A DNA stretch of 24,719 nucleotides from a candidate division WWE3 bacterium (GCA_052035055.1 JBPOHY010000161.1:1-24719), one strand, 5' to 3'. Numbered from the stretch's first letter, positions 6,503 to 16,846 are shown. The notes: generated by a model from the sequence alone, not told the origin. Numbers and translations are program-made.

Positions 6503-9500
6503 TTACTCACTACACGCATTAGCTACAGCCATCCAGTCATTAGCAACAGTGGTAGCACAAAACTCTTGGTGAGCGCCTAAAGGATCTGCGCCAACAGCAA
6601 ATGTACAAAGGGCATCAACCTTTAATTGTTCGCTCCAATCTGAACACGAACCAGGAGACGAGGCAGAAGCCAAACCGTAAGCAACTGAAAAGGTTGCGTC
6701 CAAAAAGTTACATCTACTAGCGGTGACGCTTCGACCTTTAGAAACTATTTCCACAGCCTGTGGGTAAAAGTAGCCTATCAATATATCGTAAGGCCCTTGC
6801 TCACCACTTGCAAAGTCGTCACAACCGTCTACGGGAATACGACCCCACCAAGGGATGCCAACGTCTTCTTCGTCTGCCAATTGCCAAATTCCTGTATACG
6901 GACTCAAAAACCCATTAACACCATTCATAGCAGCAACTATCATCCCAGCCGGAACGTTGTATGCAGCTGCAGCAGCATTTATAACAGCCTGCATTTCGAA
7001 TGACATGCCCTGTGGAATGGTTGGTGGGGCACAACTACCGCTTAGACTACAACCACCTTCGGCCATGTCTAACAAATCCTCTAAAGTTATTTCTTCCGGA
7101 ACATCCTGTATTGTACAATCCCAGGCACCACTTCCAGCAGGCAAGATTCCAGTAGTATCACTACACCAGTATTTTATCGGCAGATAATTAACAAGTGTAT
7201 TAAAGTAGAGCGGATGCTTGGCTATTTCCAAGAACGAGGCGTTAGGACCCCCGACTCCTTTGGTTTCTTTACCATCGTGGAGATTTGGAGCTTCTGCCGA
7301 AGAGGTCGCTCTGGAGTCCAACTGCATAACTGCACGGTACAAAGGCATGTCTTTAGAAGGAGGCCAAAATGCAAAAACCATACTGTTACTTGCCCGTGAA
7401 ATAAAATCAGTGTTTAAAGTTGTTTCGTCTTTCTTTGGTGCAATATTTAAAGTTGTATCCTTTGATAGGGATCCGGCACAAATGTTAGGGCCTGCAAAAG
7501 ATAGAGCGCAAGCTGGATAGTCTGGATCAGGGCTTGTAAAAGTCTTTTTCTTTTTATTCGCGGGACAGTGATCAACGCCAATAGTAGGAAGAACGGGATC
7601 CTCCAATTGATCATCAACATGTTCCTCATCCAAACATACCTGGTTTTCTGGACAATTATCAGTGTTTTCGGCTGGAAAGATGGATGCATATTGTTCTTGT
7701 AGACAAGCCTCTGCAGGCTTCACAGATGGATAAGTAGGATCATTTCCTATACCCGTTCTTTCTATATGAGGATCCTCACAGGATGTATATACACCCCCAT
7801 CAACAGCGCATTCGCATTCAGCCGCTTTAGTATAGGTTTCCCAGTGGTCTATACGTAACGTACGCACAGCGAATTCGGGGTTACCACCACCGTCTGGTGG
7901 GTTTCCACCCGGAAATGCCTTTTTTTCCTCGTTTGCTACATGCCCCAAGGCAACAGGAGTCCATGGATAACACTCATGACTACCGGGATATCCTGGGTTA
8001 TTTGGATCGGCATAAGCAGGAAATATTTGGTTATCGGAATTATAGTCAAAAGATTCCTCACACAAGGGATAAGTAACGCGCAAATCATCCATAGGCTGGG
8101 GATTATCACCAAGCTCATCTGTTCTATTTGCCATAACCTGTATAGCACCAGGTCCGTAAATAAATAAGCCATACGCAGCCTGACCGGCGGCTTCAACGGC
8201 ACAACCAAGGTCAACAGTATTGCCACCACCACAAGCAGTTAAAACGGCGTCCAGAACCTTTTGCTGCCAACAATTAAAGTTTTTACAGGAATCTTCATTA
8301 TTTAGTGCAAGTTCTTTTTCACGCAAAATAGCAGTTGACGACATGTAAACGGTTCTTTGAGGGGTAGGCGAGTCCATTTGGTCATTGCGAGTTGCGTCCT
8401 GAATACCCTGAAAGGTTTTTATTAGCTTATCCGCAAAGGTGGGTTCGGTAGAGGGAGTTACCTCCGGATTATACCCAGCCACATAGGATAGCGCACATAT
8501 ACTCATAGGATTACCTATAGAACCAACAGGGGTACCCTTGGGCTGAAGGCCACCATATTCGGCTGCAAATGGATGGTCAAAAACATCAGAAAATTTCTTC
8601 CCTGTAACCTGATCGCTGGTTAGTGCCAGCGCGCTAACAGCACTTGTTCGAGGGCCCTCATTCTTTTCGTTGGCCAAAAACGTGTTCGTTGCGGTAGTTA
8701 TCGTTCCAAACTGAGCCTCGGTACCACCTCCAAAAACATGCGCCTCAGGTCTGGGGGCCTGGCAGTTGCCAGTGAACGAGTCATTTGTGGTTTGTTCGCA
8801 GCTAGGAACACGGGCGCTACCTGTAGGCAACATATACTCGGGCCTAAAGTAATACTCCGGGAGGCTGTAGGGACCACAATACCCTTCACACTCCGGGTCA
8901 TTAATGTCACAAATACTCCATGGCGGTTGAATTTTACATAATTGAATAGGGGCACCGCCTTGCTTACAAACATATGCGGACAAATCAGAACTCGCATATT
9001 GCTGCTCCCATACCGAAGAGGAACCCATACACGAAGCCGGCGCTCCACAAGTTTGGGAATTACGAACACTTGAATTTTTCCCCTGGGAGTCTTTGCATTC
9101 TAAAAAGTAATCGCAAGGTAATAGATTTAGGTCATTCTCAGGTTCCCCAAAGTATCTTAGGTGTGTAAATTCACCGTCCGAGGGTACACAACCGCCGAGT
9201 TGACAATTAACACCGCCAACTGGGTGCGTCGGGTCTTGATACACTGCCGTCAAGTCTTCGGTATTTATGAAAGAACGATATGGAAGACCCGAACACTGTT
9301 TTGGAACAAAATCTAAAGATATAGCAGTGGCAAACTCTTCCCAAGTTAAGTGGTCCGTAGGGTTACTATCCGGTGTATGACAAAGTGCTGGGTTTTCTGG
9401 ATGCAGCCGCTCACAATCTTTTGACCACAAACCCCCATGGGTTTCGCCCAATTCAAAATTAATATAGCCACCACCCAAAACAATGTTGGGGTTACCATTC

Positions 9501-10204
9501 TTTTTATGTCTTCCATCGAATTCCGTAAGGGTTGTAAAATGGTCCACTGTGGTTGGAGCAGATCCCTGGCTCACCATAGTAAGAGTAGAATCAACCTCCG
9601 CAGTACAACCCAAAAGATCGACTCTATTTGTGAAATCTAGTGTGAGTGGGGGAAGCCCTGGAACACCGTTACCCGAACAGTTAATTGGAATAGTCAAATC
9701 GGTCATATCCTTAGCAGATGCAAAAGTAAGCAAGTCAAAGTTGCCATCACAAAAAATCGCTAAATATACTTTAAAACCTGGTGGGCCAATTCGTCGCATT
9801 GTAAGGTGAAATCTACCGGCTTCATAAAAACCGTCCTCGCGCAACGTGGTTGTAGTAGATGAAAACAGATGGCCCAATGACCCTTTATCCTTACCAGTTG
9901 TCGTACCTGGAAGAGCCTCATAAAGTGCGACAGTTGCATTAGGGATACCACCAGCAACGATTTTTCGACCGCCTACTAGCTCTGCTCCAGAATTTATAAC
10001 CTTACCGCAAATAGAAGCCATTCCTGGGTCCTCGGCAACAGGACACTTACTCCCAGGGATGTAATTAACGTCCTCGCCATCAGCTGAAACATGAGTAAGG
10101 GCTCGGATGACTGGTTTAATGGATTGTTCGAGGCCGCGAAAAAGTATAAGACCCAAAATGAATATACAAACAGTAAAAATTGCAAAAGGTACCTTACGAT
10201 TCAT
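6503..10204 (-). CDS. Large membrane-anchored/secreted Cys-rich protein (1233 aa) with a C-terminal lysozyme-like (SLT-like) domain
   Basis: N-terminal TM/signal (PFAIFTVCIFILGLILF) and many paired Cys. The C-terminal INAAAAAYNVPAGMIVAA...GEQGPYDI...CNFLDATFSVAYGL resembles SLT motifs I-III. Confidence 0.8.
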   Translation of the reverse strand: MNRKVPFAIFTVCIFILGLILFRGLEQSIKPVIRALTHVSADGEDVNYIPGSKCPVAEDPGMASICGKVINSGAELVGGRKIVAGGIPNATVALYEALPGTTTGKDKGSLGHLFSSTTTTLREDGFYEAGRFHLTMRRIGPPGFKVYLAIFCDGNFDLLTFASAKDMTDLTIPINCSGNGVPGLPPLTLDFTNRVDLLGCTAEVDSTLTMVSQGSAPTTVDHFTTLTEFDGRHKKNGNPNIVLGGGYINFELGETHGGLWSKDCERLHPENPALCHTPDSNPTDHLTWEEFATAISLDFVPKQCSGLPYRSFINTEDLTAVYQDPTHPVGGVNCQLGGCVPSDGEFTHLRYFGEPENDLNLLPCDYFLECKDSQGKNSSVRNSQTCGAPASCMGSSSVWEQQYASSDLSAYVCKQGGAPIQLCKIQPPWSICDINDPECEGYCGPYSLPEYYFRPEYMLPTGSARVPSCEQTTNDSFTGNCQAPRPEAHVFGGGTEAQFGTITTATNTFLANEKNEGPRTSAVSALALTSDQVTGKKFSDVFDHPFAAEYGGLQPKGTPVGSIGNPMSICALSYVAGYNPEVTPSTEPTFADKLIKTFQGIQDATRNDQMDSPTPQRTVYMSSTAILREKELALNNEDSCKNFNCWQQKVLDAVLTACGGGNTVDLGCAVEAAGQAAYGLFIYGPGAIQVMANRTDELGDNPQPMDDLRVTYPLCEESFDYNSDNQIFPAYADPNNPGYPGSHECYPWTPVALGHVANEEKKAFPGGNPPDGGGNPEFAVRTLRIDHWETYTKAAECECAVDGGVYTSCEDPHIERTGIGNDPTYPSVKPAEACLQEQYASIFPAENTDNCPENQVCLDEEHVDDQLEDPVLPTIGVDHCPANKKKKTFTSPDPDYPACALSFAGPNICAGSLSKDTTLNIAPKKDETTLNTDFISRASNSMVFAFWPPSKDMPLYRAVMQLDSRATSSAEAPNLHDGKETKGVGGPNASFLEIAKHPLYFNTLVNYLPIKYWCSDTTGILPAGSGAWDCTIQDVPEEITLEDLLDMAEGGCSLSGSCAPPTIPQGMSFEMQAVINAAAAAYNVPAGMIVAAMNGVNGFLSPYTGIWQLADEEDVGIPWWGRIPVDGCDDFASGEQGPYDILIGYFYPQAVEIVSKGRSVTASRCNFLDATFSVAYGLASASSPGSCSDWSEQLKVDALCTFAVGADPLGAHQEFCATTVANDWMAVANACSE

Positions 10205-10211
10205 CTGCTAG

Positions 10212-10220
10212 ATTATACCA
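10212..10220 (-). promoter_or_regulatory. Extended -10 (TGGTATAAT) for the 1233-aa gene, leaderless
   Basis: Perfect TGnTATAAT exactly 7 nt before the ATG, starting 1 nt after the smpB TGA. Confidence 0.7.
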
Positions 10221-10221
10221 T

Positions 10222-10680
10222 TCAAACTCGGCCCAGCAGATACTTTTTAGAAAGATCCAGGTCTCGTTTTATTTGCTTTTCCTTGACGCTTTGCTTTTTT
10301 TCGAATAGCTTTTTACCCTTAGCAACAGCCAATTCGAGTTTAATTTTTCCGTGTAACAAAACCAGGGCTAGCGGAACAGCTGTTTTACCTTTCTCTTGTA
10401 AATGTCTTCGTATCTCGGACAACTCGGTTTTTGTTAACAAAAGTTCACGCGGGCGACGCGCGGTAGAGTCGTCGCTTTCTTGGCTTTGCTTAGAATATCT
10501 ACCAATATTTAAATTTACTAGCGTAAGGATGTCTTCGACAAAAGAAATATAGGAACCCTCAAAATGAATGTTGCCCTCCTTTATAGCCTTTACCTCATGT
10601 CCCTTAAGTGCAATACCGGCAATATATTTGTCTAAAACTTCAAAGTTGAAAAGTGCTTTTTTATTTTTTGAGAGGAGCAT
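10222..10680 (-). CDS. smpB: SsrA-binding protein SmpB
   Basis: NKKALFNFEVLDKYIAGIALKGHEVKAIKEG, RRPRELLL, and the basic tail AKGKKLFEKKQSVKEKQIKRD. Confidence 0.96.
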   Translation of the reverse strand: MLLSKNKKALFNFEVLDKYIAGIALKGHEVKAIKEGNIHFEGSYISFVEDILTLVNLNIGRYSKQSQESDDSTARRPRELLLTKTELSEIRRHLQEKGKTAVPLALVLLHGKIKLELAVAKGKKLFEKKQSVKEKQIKRDLDLSKKYLLGRV

Positions 10681-10697
10681 TTTTGTACAGGATTAAA

Positions 10698-12053
10698 CTA
10701 CCTTCTCTTTGGGGGACCCATGACGGCTGCTTCTATCTTTTTTGGCATACTCAAAGCTAAACCATAGCCAAAGAGGTATACCAAGAAAGGCGCTAATATC
10801 CTCATCAAAACATTAGTTATGTTGTCTAAGCCACCGGTATTCATACCGTTTATAATATTGTGGGCAAACTGATCCACCAATTCTCTTATACCACCCATGG
10901 CAAATAGAGCTAGACCGTACACACCCATCTTTTTAAACCAACCCGCGAGTTTATCGTCGTTGCCGGGGATCGCGTATAAAGCCATTTCAATTGGGGCACT
11001 GGCTATACCTACAATCATTTTTAAGTAAGTGATCAAAACGCTTATGTAAAATATAAATCCTAAAACCGCTAATGTTACCGAAACAGCTACTAAAAGGGTC
11101 CCTACCATAGGTAATGCAAAACCAGCGGCTAAAATTCCACCTATCAAAGATGCGATACCGATACCCAGTCCGTTCTCTGCAAAGTCTAGCCAAACGTCAC
11201 CGCTTGAGGTTACTGCATTAAAGAGCGTTTTTGCTACTAACGGGGCACTGTTGTACATTGACCAACCAAAGCTGGCCAACAAAGCACCAATAGGATAACT
11301 GAAAGCAATCATTATTATCGCAATTACCACTTTTGGCAACGCATACTGAACAGTAACTACTGTTTGCTGGCTTATTTTTTTACGTGTAATAATGGTGATG
11401 CCGATGTAGAGCATTATTAAAGACATCAAGGCAAAAGCTACATTACGGGTAACCTTCCATACATTTAGTATTGGTTCAATAAACGGCTGCCTATAGTTTA
11501 CTTGGGCCATAACCTTGTCACCTACAATTGGTATCTTAGAAACACTGTCTTGAAAGAAGTAAGCGAAATTAACTGGTATAGGGCTGTGCTCTATAGAAGC
11601 CTGGATGTAATTGGTCATACCCAAAAGGCTACCGCCGATAGGATTGTTCATGTTGTAGTTGTAACCTGCGCCTTCAACATCTCCTTTGTAATATTGATTT
11701 GCAATTGCCTGGCAAACAATATCGGGGGTTCCACTACAATCTCCTGGAATATCTAGGCCAGGGTAGTTTGCTTCAAAATAGGCATCGCAGCCTCTAAGTT
11801 CGGTTAAGGTAACACCGTTCACACTTGTAAACAATCCGTCAAACATTAGCGAAGTCCAGTGATCAACCGTTGTAAGTCTTATTGCATCGAGTTTAGAAGC
11901 TAAAGTATCAAACCAGCCTTTTTCTGGCCGACAGGCATCCAGAACTAACTGTTGAGCGTGCACAGGTTTATGAGTAGAAAACGATAACAAGGCAACAAAA
12001 AACAGTGTGGCAAAAAAAGATTTATTAATAAGAGGTTGTCTATACATGTTCAA
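10698..12053 (-). CDS. CPR-type VirB6/TrbL-like polytopic membrane protein with N-terminal extracellular Cys-containing domain
   Basis: Signal ending AHAQ-like (HKPVHAQ), motif WKVTRNVAFAL...IITRKKISQQTVVTVQYALPKVVIAIIMIAFSYPI, and 5-6 TM helices. The ORF track starts at TTG 12053; the ATG at 12047 may be the true start. Confidence 0.65.
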   Translation of the reverse strand: MNMYRQPLINKSFFATLFFVALLSFSTHKPVHAQQLVLDACRPEKGWFDTLASKLDAIRLTTVDHWTSLMFDGLFTSVNGVTLTELRGCDAYFEANYPGLDIPGDCSGTPDIVCQAIANQYYKGDVEGAGYNYNMNNPIGGSLLGMTNYIQASIEHSPIPVNFAYFFQDSVSKIPIVGDKVMAQVNYRQPFIEPILNVWKVTRNVAFALMSLIMLYIGITIITRKKISQQTVVTVQYALPKVVIAIIMIAFSYPIGALLASFGWSMYNSAPLVAKTLFNAVTSSGDVWLDFAENGLGIGIASLIGGILAAGFALPMVGTLLVAVSVTLAVLGFIFYISVLITYLKMIVGIASAPIEMALYAIPGNDDKLAGWFKKMGVYGLALFAMGGIRELVDQFAHNIINGMNTGGLDNITNVLMRILAPFLVYLFGYGLALSMPKKIEAAVMGPPKRR

Positions 12054-12155
12054 TGTATATTCTCTAATACTAAATCAAAAATATCAACAAGATTCTAAAA
12101 GCATGATAGTGGCAAAGCCTTTCATAAATACCAAAAACTAGATAAAATAAAAGCC

Positions 12156-15100
12156 ATGGACAACAATCCTTTATATCCTGGGTACGCACCCGACGATAAA
12201 ACACCACCCGAGCAAATTCCCGGATATGTTCCAACGCAAAAAGATATTGGTCAGCAGGTTCCTGGTTATTACCCAGGTAAACCATTTGTCCGCAGCATAC
12301 GCGACGGCGGAGTACTGGAACCCATTACTTTTAGTATGGGTGTCACTACAGACTATTTAGATGCCCTCTCAAACGGTTTTGCCGAAGCCCCCTACTTACC
12401 ATTTAGAAGACTAATGGACGACCTTAAAGGCGCCGGCAAGGCACAAGTCTTTGGTTCTGCCGCAGTACCGGTGGAGCAAATTGACGAATACGACCTAACG
12501 GGCCTTAGAGGATCCTCCGGCTTGGCGGTGTCCCTAAATCCTGACGACTTGTCTGACCCAGAAAAGTGGATGAACAACACGCTAAAAGCCGCATGGAAAA
12601 CAGTCGCCAACATGGACGAATTTACCAATAGAACTAACACACTTATATGGGAAGCAATAACTAGAGGCGAAACCGAAATAAAATCCGCAAGTGCCATAGG
12701 AACCTTTGGGGCGCTGTTTGCAGGTGCAGGGGCCATAAGTTCGGCTAAGGATCGCGCCACTAGGTTTGGGGATCCAAAGACAAATTCCTTTAAGCTCTAT
12801 GGCGTAGGTATAACCAAAACATATCAAGAAAATGTGTTCAACCTGGTAAGTGGTACATCCGAAAAAATGGATAAAACCGTGGATGTATTTGAAGACTTTG
12901 CAAAAGCGGTCGTTGAATTCCAAAAAGATAAGGACAACGCATTTTTTAGGGATACCAAATACGATGAGGTCCTAAAAAAGGCTATGACCGCGACGAGTAC
13001 AGAGTTGGAGCAAAAAGTAAAAGCGGGGTTTTTTAAGAGCACAGAAGAACTCGAGCGAGTAAACCTATTCCTAGCGCAATCAAAAGTAATATCTGATATA
13101 GGCGAATACGGCGGAACCTTTAAGGGTATGACCGACAACCTGACTCAGATGGTGCAGAGTTCGGATGCAGTACTAGGACCACAGCTACTTGAAACGCTAA
13201 ATAAAGCTAATTCAAAAGCAGATTCGGTCAAAAAATCCATTGCCAGTTTAAGATCCTTAAAAATAACCTCCCTAGAAGGAAAAGCAGAAGTATCGAGGAT
13301 GTTAAAAGAACTCGAAGGAGTAGAGGCACATATAACCGGTATGGAAAACCTCATTGGTACCGGAGTCAAGAGCAGGTCTAAAACAGTCAATGACTTACTG
13401 CTCATCGCAAATAAGCCGGGCAGTTTTGTACAAAGGGGTGCCCGTGCCAGTAACCTGTATACGCAGCTCGGCAATATGTCAGGAAAGATAAAAGGCGACG
13501 GCTCATACGAACGAAGATTTTTAAAGAGTGTTGTGGACCAGGGGTTTTTTGGCTTAGGTAACAATAGCTACAGTTTAAATGCGGTGTTCCGAGGACAAAC
13601 TAACAAGCTCGAATCCTTTAGGCTGCTCAATTACCTCGACCGAATGCACGAAGAAAGGATTGCATTTGCGACAGACGAAAAAGTAAAGGATTTTTCTAAA
13701 GGCATAAACCACCTCATCGAAAAGAGGTTTTGGAGTGAACATATAGTACCAGCGATAGAAGGGTATACCCCAAAATATTACGCCCAAATGATACTTAAGC
13801 GCATCCACTACTTTGGACTTGTAATAGACGAAGAAAGGTTAATGAAACAGATGCGAGGCCCAGGGTTTATGGGTAAAATCAAAGGGGCGCTTGGGCTGGA
13901 TCCAAATGCGCCGGGGATGGTTTTTGGGAATTACTTTAGGCTAGATTTTAAACATAACGGTACAAGGTACTTACCAAGGATTTACGGGGGCTCGCATTTT
14001 ACATTAGTAGATACACTAGCAAAGGCTGTAAAAGACAAGAAAATAGATATTAGTACCCTAGGGTTGTTACTGGCAAATGTGAGTGACCCTACAAGCAAAG
14101 CAGCTCGTGACCTTTTGGCAAGAAATGGGATCACACTAGCAAACCTAGGACTTGCGGACGATAAAGAACTTAGGGCACAATGGGCAGCCCTGCAAGGTTG
14201 GGTGCACCGAAATAAAAAAAGATTTGGTAATGCAAATCTAAACGACGCCGGCTTTTGGACCGAATTTATGAGGGCTTTAATGGCCGAGCACTTTAATGAG
14301 AACACGCTTAAAATAACGCGTAAGTTCGCGGGGTTGCTAGAAAAAGCTTGGTCAACCTTAAATAAAATCCAGACCAAGTTCTTAAATAGATTTGGTAAGT
14401 TCATTGCACCGATTACGTACATTTCTAACTTTGTCGCCGACCGCGTAGCAGACCTAATACCAAAACTGCTCGCAGTGGTATTCGGCGGAGCTACCGGAGG
14501 CATAGCAGGTGGCGTGATCCTAGCGGTATCAAGACTCATGAGGCCAATAGTACGTGCTGTCACTAAAGCCACAATGGATTTTGCCCAAAACTTTGTCCTT
14601 GGAGCACTAAGGGGAGACCTCTTAAAAGCATTTAACGAGCTCCAAAAGCTTGTCGTAAATCTGGTTAAAACTATCACTGTTATAGTCGGCGTACCGGTAC
14701 TAGCCCTGGCAGCGGTCTCGACAATTTTTATGGGGGCCTCACTAACAACAATGTCACCTATTGACGCAGCTAAGAATAATTCGGGGGCTGGAGGAGGGTT
14801 TCAACTACTACCTCCGGGAGAGGGATTAACTGTAACAGTTCGTAAAGATGTAGTAGTAACTTATTACGCTGGGTCATTTACTAATCCTAAAGAACCCATA
14901 CCCAACGAAGCCCTAACAATGGGTGGAATAGACGTAGCATACATTGCGACCATAACACCTAAAGTGACGATTAGCGACCAAAGCGTATCTTACACGGATA
15001 AGGCCAAGATAAAAATGATGGATGGCGTTAACGAAGAACTATTCCCAACACAAAGCGGTATTTTGGATCCATTTGTAAACGGCACGCCAATAATAATAGA

Positions 15101-15899
15101 CCTTCCAGAAACACACCTAGACAGCCTAACTTACGCAGACTCAATAGTATCCAACGAACTAACAGCTAACATGCCGGCAGTAATAGGTATGACAGAATCC
15201 CCACAAGCGGTTTCATTTACGAGATCCTTTAGAATAGGTAACTTTGTTGCGGAATGCCCACTGTATGATTATGTCGTTATGACCAATGCATATAGTACTG
15301 CGGATGCACCAACCGGCCACGGGCGAAACGACTATTGGGTCGGAATATGTGAGGACTTTTTACCGGACCAGTCTAAATACGAGGGGTGCCTTTGTAACTT
15401 CCCCATTCCCTGGGCGGCAGGGCAAAACGGCTGTCCAGGGGTAAACTGTGCACCACTGGATTCGGCTAGTGTCTGTTACGATAAATGGACCTCGGGGTCG
15501 AGCAGAAGTGCCACTTACGGAGCTGCTTTGGATGTGAGACCTCCACAACAGGTACAAGGATCCGCAGTCGAGGTATGGATGCCGGCGCTTGGTAATCCCA
15601 ACAGAGAGTGGTCCACCGATCGTTTACTACCTAATAACAAGGGCGGATGGGGATATGGACTCATAGCTACCTCCTTTGATGCAGCAGGAGATTACGTTAT
15701 GTATATCACCCATATGGCCCAGGAAGACCTTAAGATCAACTCTACTTTAAGAGCAGGCGATCAGTTGGGGTGGGTATTTACGAATTGGCTAGGGAGTGAT
15801 GGAGCACCATACCCAGCTAACATACACATTCACATCGAGATTTCTGAAAATGGAGTATGGAAAAAACCAAGAGAGGATAGTGTAGTATGTTATCAATAG
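12156..15899 (+). CDS. Large membrane protein (1247 aa): helical N-terminal region, TM hairpin, Ig/DUF11-like segment, C-terminal M23-peptidase-like domain
   Basis: Long ORF with hydrophobic segments around aa 770-865. The C-terminus has AALDVRP, GWGYGL, YITHM, LRAGDQLGWV and NIHIHIEI, which resemble M23 motifs. TAAAAT lies 7 nt upstream of the ATG. Confidence 0.75.
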   Translation: MDNNPLYPGYAPDDKTPPEQIPGYVPTQKDIGQQVPGYYPGKPFVRSIRDGGVLEPITFSMGVTTDYLDALSNGFAEAPYLPFRRLMDDLKGAGKAQVFGSAAVPVEQIDEYDLTGLRGSSGLAVSLNPDDLSDPEKWMNNTLKAAWKTVANMDEFTNRTNTLIWEAITRGETEIKSASAIGTFGALFAGAGAISSAKDRATRFGDPKTNSFKLYGVGITKTYQENVFNLVSGTSEKMDKTVDVFEDFAKAVVEFQKDKDNAFFRDTKYDEVLKKAMTATSTELEQKVKAGFFKSTEELERVNLFLAQSKVISDIGEYGGTFKGMTDNLTQMVQSSDAVLGPQLLETLNKANSKADSVKKSIASLRSLKITSLEGKAEVSRMLKELEGVEAHITGMENLIGTGVKSRSKTVNDLLLIANKPGSFVQRGARASNLYTQLGNMSGKIKGDGSYERRFLKSVVDQGFFGLGNNSYSLNAVFRGQTNKLESFRLLNYLDRMHEERIAFATDEKVKDFSKGINHLIEKRFWSEHIVPAIEGYTPKYYAQMILKRIHYFGLVIDEERLMKQMRGPGFMGKIKGALGLDPNAPGMVFGNYFRLDFKHNGTRYLPRIYGGSHFTLVDTLAKAVKDKKIDISTLGLLLANVSDPTSKAARDLLARNGITLANLGLADDKELRAQWAALQGWVHRNKKRFGNANLNDAGFWTEFMRALMAEHFNENTLKITRKFAGLLEKAWSTLNKIQTKFLNRFGKFIAPITYISNFVADRVADLIPKLLAVVFGGATGGIAGGVILAVSRLMRPIVRAVTKATMDFAQNFVLGALRGDLLKAFNELQKLVVNLVKTITVIVGVPVLALAAVSTIFMGASLTTMSPIDAAKNNSGAGGGFQLLPPGEGLTVTVRKDVVVTYYAGSFTNPKEPIPNEALTMGGIDVAYIATITPKVTISDQSVSYTDKAKIKMMDGVNEELFPTQSGILDPFVNGTPIIIDLPETHLDSLTYADSIVSNELTANMPAVIGMTESPQAVSFTRSFRIGNFVAECPLYDYVVMTNAYSTADAPTGHGRNDYWVGICEDFLPDQSKYEGCLCNFPIPWAAGQNGCPGVNCAPLDSASVCYDKWTSGSSRSATYGAALDVRPPQQVQGSAVEVWMPALGNPNREWSTDRLLPNNKGGWGYGLIATSFDAAGDYVMYITHMAQEDLKINSTLRAGDQLGWVFTNWLGSDGAPYPANIHIHIEISENGVWKKPREDSVVCYQ

Positions 15900-16372
15900 G
15901 TATGTCGTCTTTTGTTAAACGAAATTACAAAGCACTAATAGCGCTATTTATAGTATTGGCAATTCTTGCGGCAATCTTTTACAGTAGCATCCCACGCGAA
16001 AAGGCCGTATTAACAGAGCCTGCACCTTTTGACGTTACTAAAGAGGGTTTTTACTTTAAGGGTGTAGAACCTGCAACATCGCTAGTAGAAACAATAAACA
16101 CAGCCACAGCTATTAAGCTTGAATTTACAGAAGAAGTTGATTTAAAGGTATTGAAAGTTGAGATTAGCCCAAAGACTGACTTTGTAATAAGGGTTTACGA
16201 TAACCCCAAAGTCGTGCAAATCATTCCATACAAAACTTTTTGGAAGCTTGGAATTGATTACACAATAAAAGTTAGCAATATAAAGTCATTGAGCGGGGAA
16301 GATTTGGGAAGTGACATTGAAAGAAATTTAAGAATAGTAGAACCGGATAACGTAGAGACCAAACACTTTTAA
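15887..16372 (+). CDS. Membrane-anchored bacterial Ig-like domain protein (Big_5/SbsA-like)
   Basis: N-terminal TM (ALIALFIVLAILAAIF), then IKLEFTEEVD...VEISP...IIP...WKLGIDYTIKV. The start is probably the ATG at 15902. Confidence 0.7.
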   Translation: MLSIGMSSFVKRNYKALIALFIVLAILAAIFYSSIPREKAVLTEPAPFDVTKEGFYFKGVEPATSLVETINTATAIKLEFTEEVDLKVLKVEISPKTDFVIRVYDNPKVVQIIPYKTFWKLGIDYTIKVSNIKSLSGEDLGSDIERNLRIVEPDNVETKHF

Positions 16373-16384
16373 CAGAACTTGAGG

Positions 16385-16846
16385 TTAAGGACAATACGTA
16401 GGTTTTGCCTCACCCGTTATACCTATGCCTTGAGTGAATCCCCACCAATTACAACCAATTTTTTGAAATATTTCGTCTGGGGTAGAAAAAGGACTTATGC
16501 CTAAGGCACTCGAAAATATCAGGAACATTGCAAAAAATCCAACTATTACTAAAAATCCTACAAACGCCCATGTCCATGTAAAAGTGGCGCCCATCATACC
16601 TTGAGGAGTTCCCCAGGACATTGCCAACTTTATAGCACCATAGCCTATCATTATTGCTAAAACACCACCAACAACCCAAATAAAAATATTAAAAGTCCTG
16701 ACTATTGGACACATTATATTTACAGGAGTCGGGTTTTCGGGGTCATAGGTAGTACAGTACTTTTCTTGTGCAAAAGCAGTAGAACCACTAAACAAAGTGG
16801 CTATAAGTAAAGTATATATTACAAGTGATTTAAAAATTTGGACCAT
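16385..16846 (-). CDS. VirB2/TrbC-like (T4SS-type) pilin with Cys pairs
   Basis: Signal ending TAFAQ, then two hydrophobic helices flanking GAIKLAMSWGTPQGMMGA, the typical CPR pilin spacing. Confidence 0.8.
   Translation of the reverse strand: MVQIFKSLVIYTLLIATLFSGSTAFAQEKYCTTYDPENPTPVNIMCPIVRTFNIFIWVVGGVLAIMIGYGAIKLAMSWGTPQGMMGATFTWTWAFVGFLVIVGFFAMFLIFSSALGISPFSTPDEIFQKIGCNWWGFTQGIGITGEAKPTYCP

Noticed and set aside
10091-10552. 153-aa plus-strand ORF
   Set aside because: Antisense shadow of smpB and the 1233-aa gene.
12392-14677. Several minus-strand ORFs, including the 231-aa 13982..14677
   Set aside because: Antisense shadows of the 1247-aa gene with no independent signals.
12156-15899. 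Prophage tape-measure gene or prophage
   Set aside because: No capsid, terminase, portal, tail or integrase genes. The context is T4SS-like pilins and housekeeping genes.
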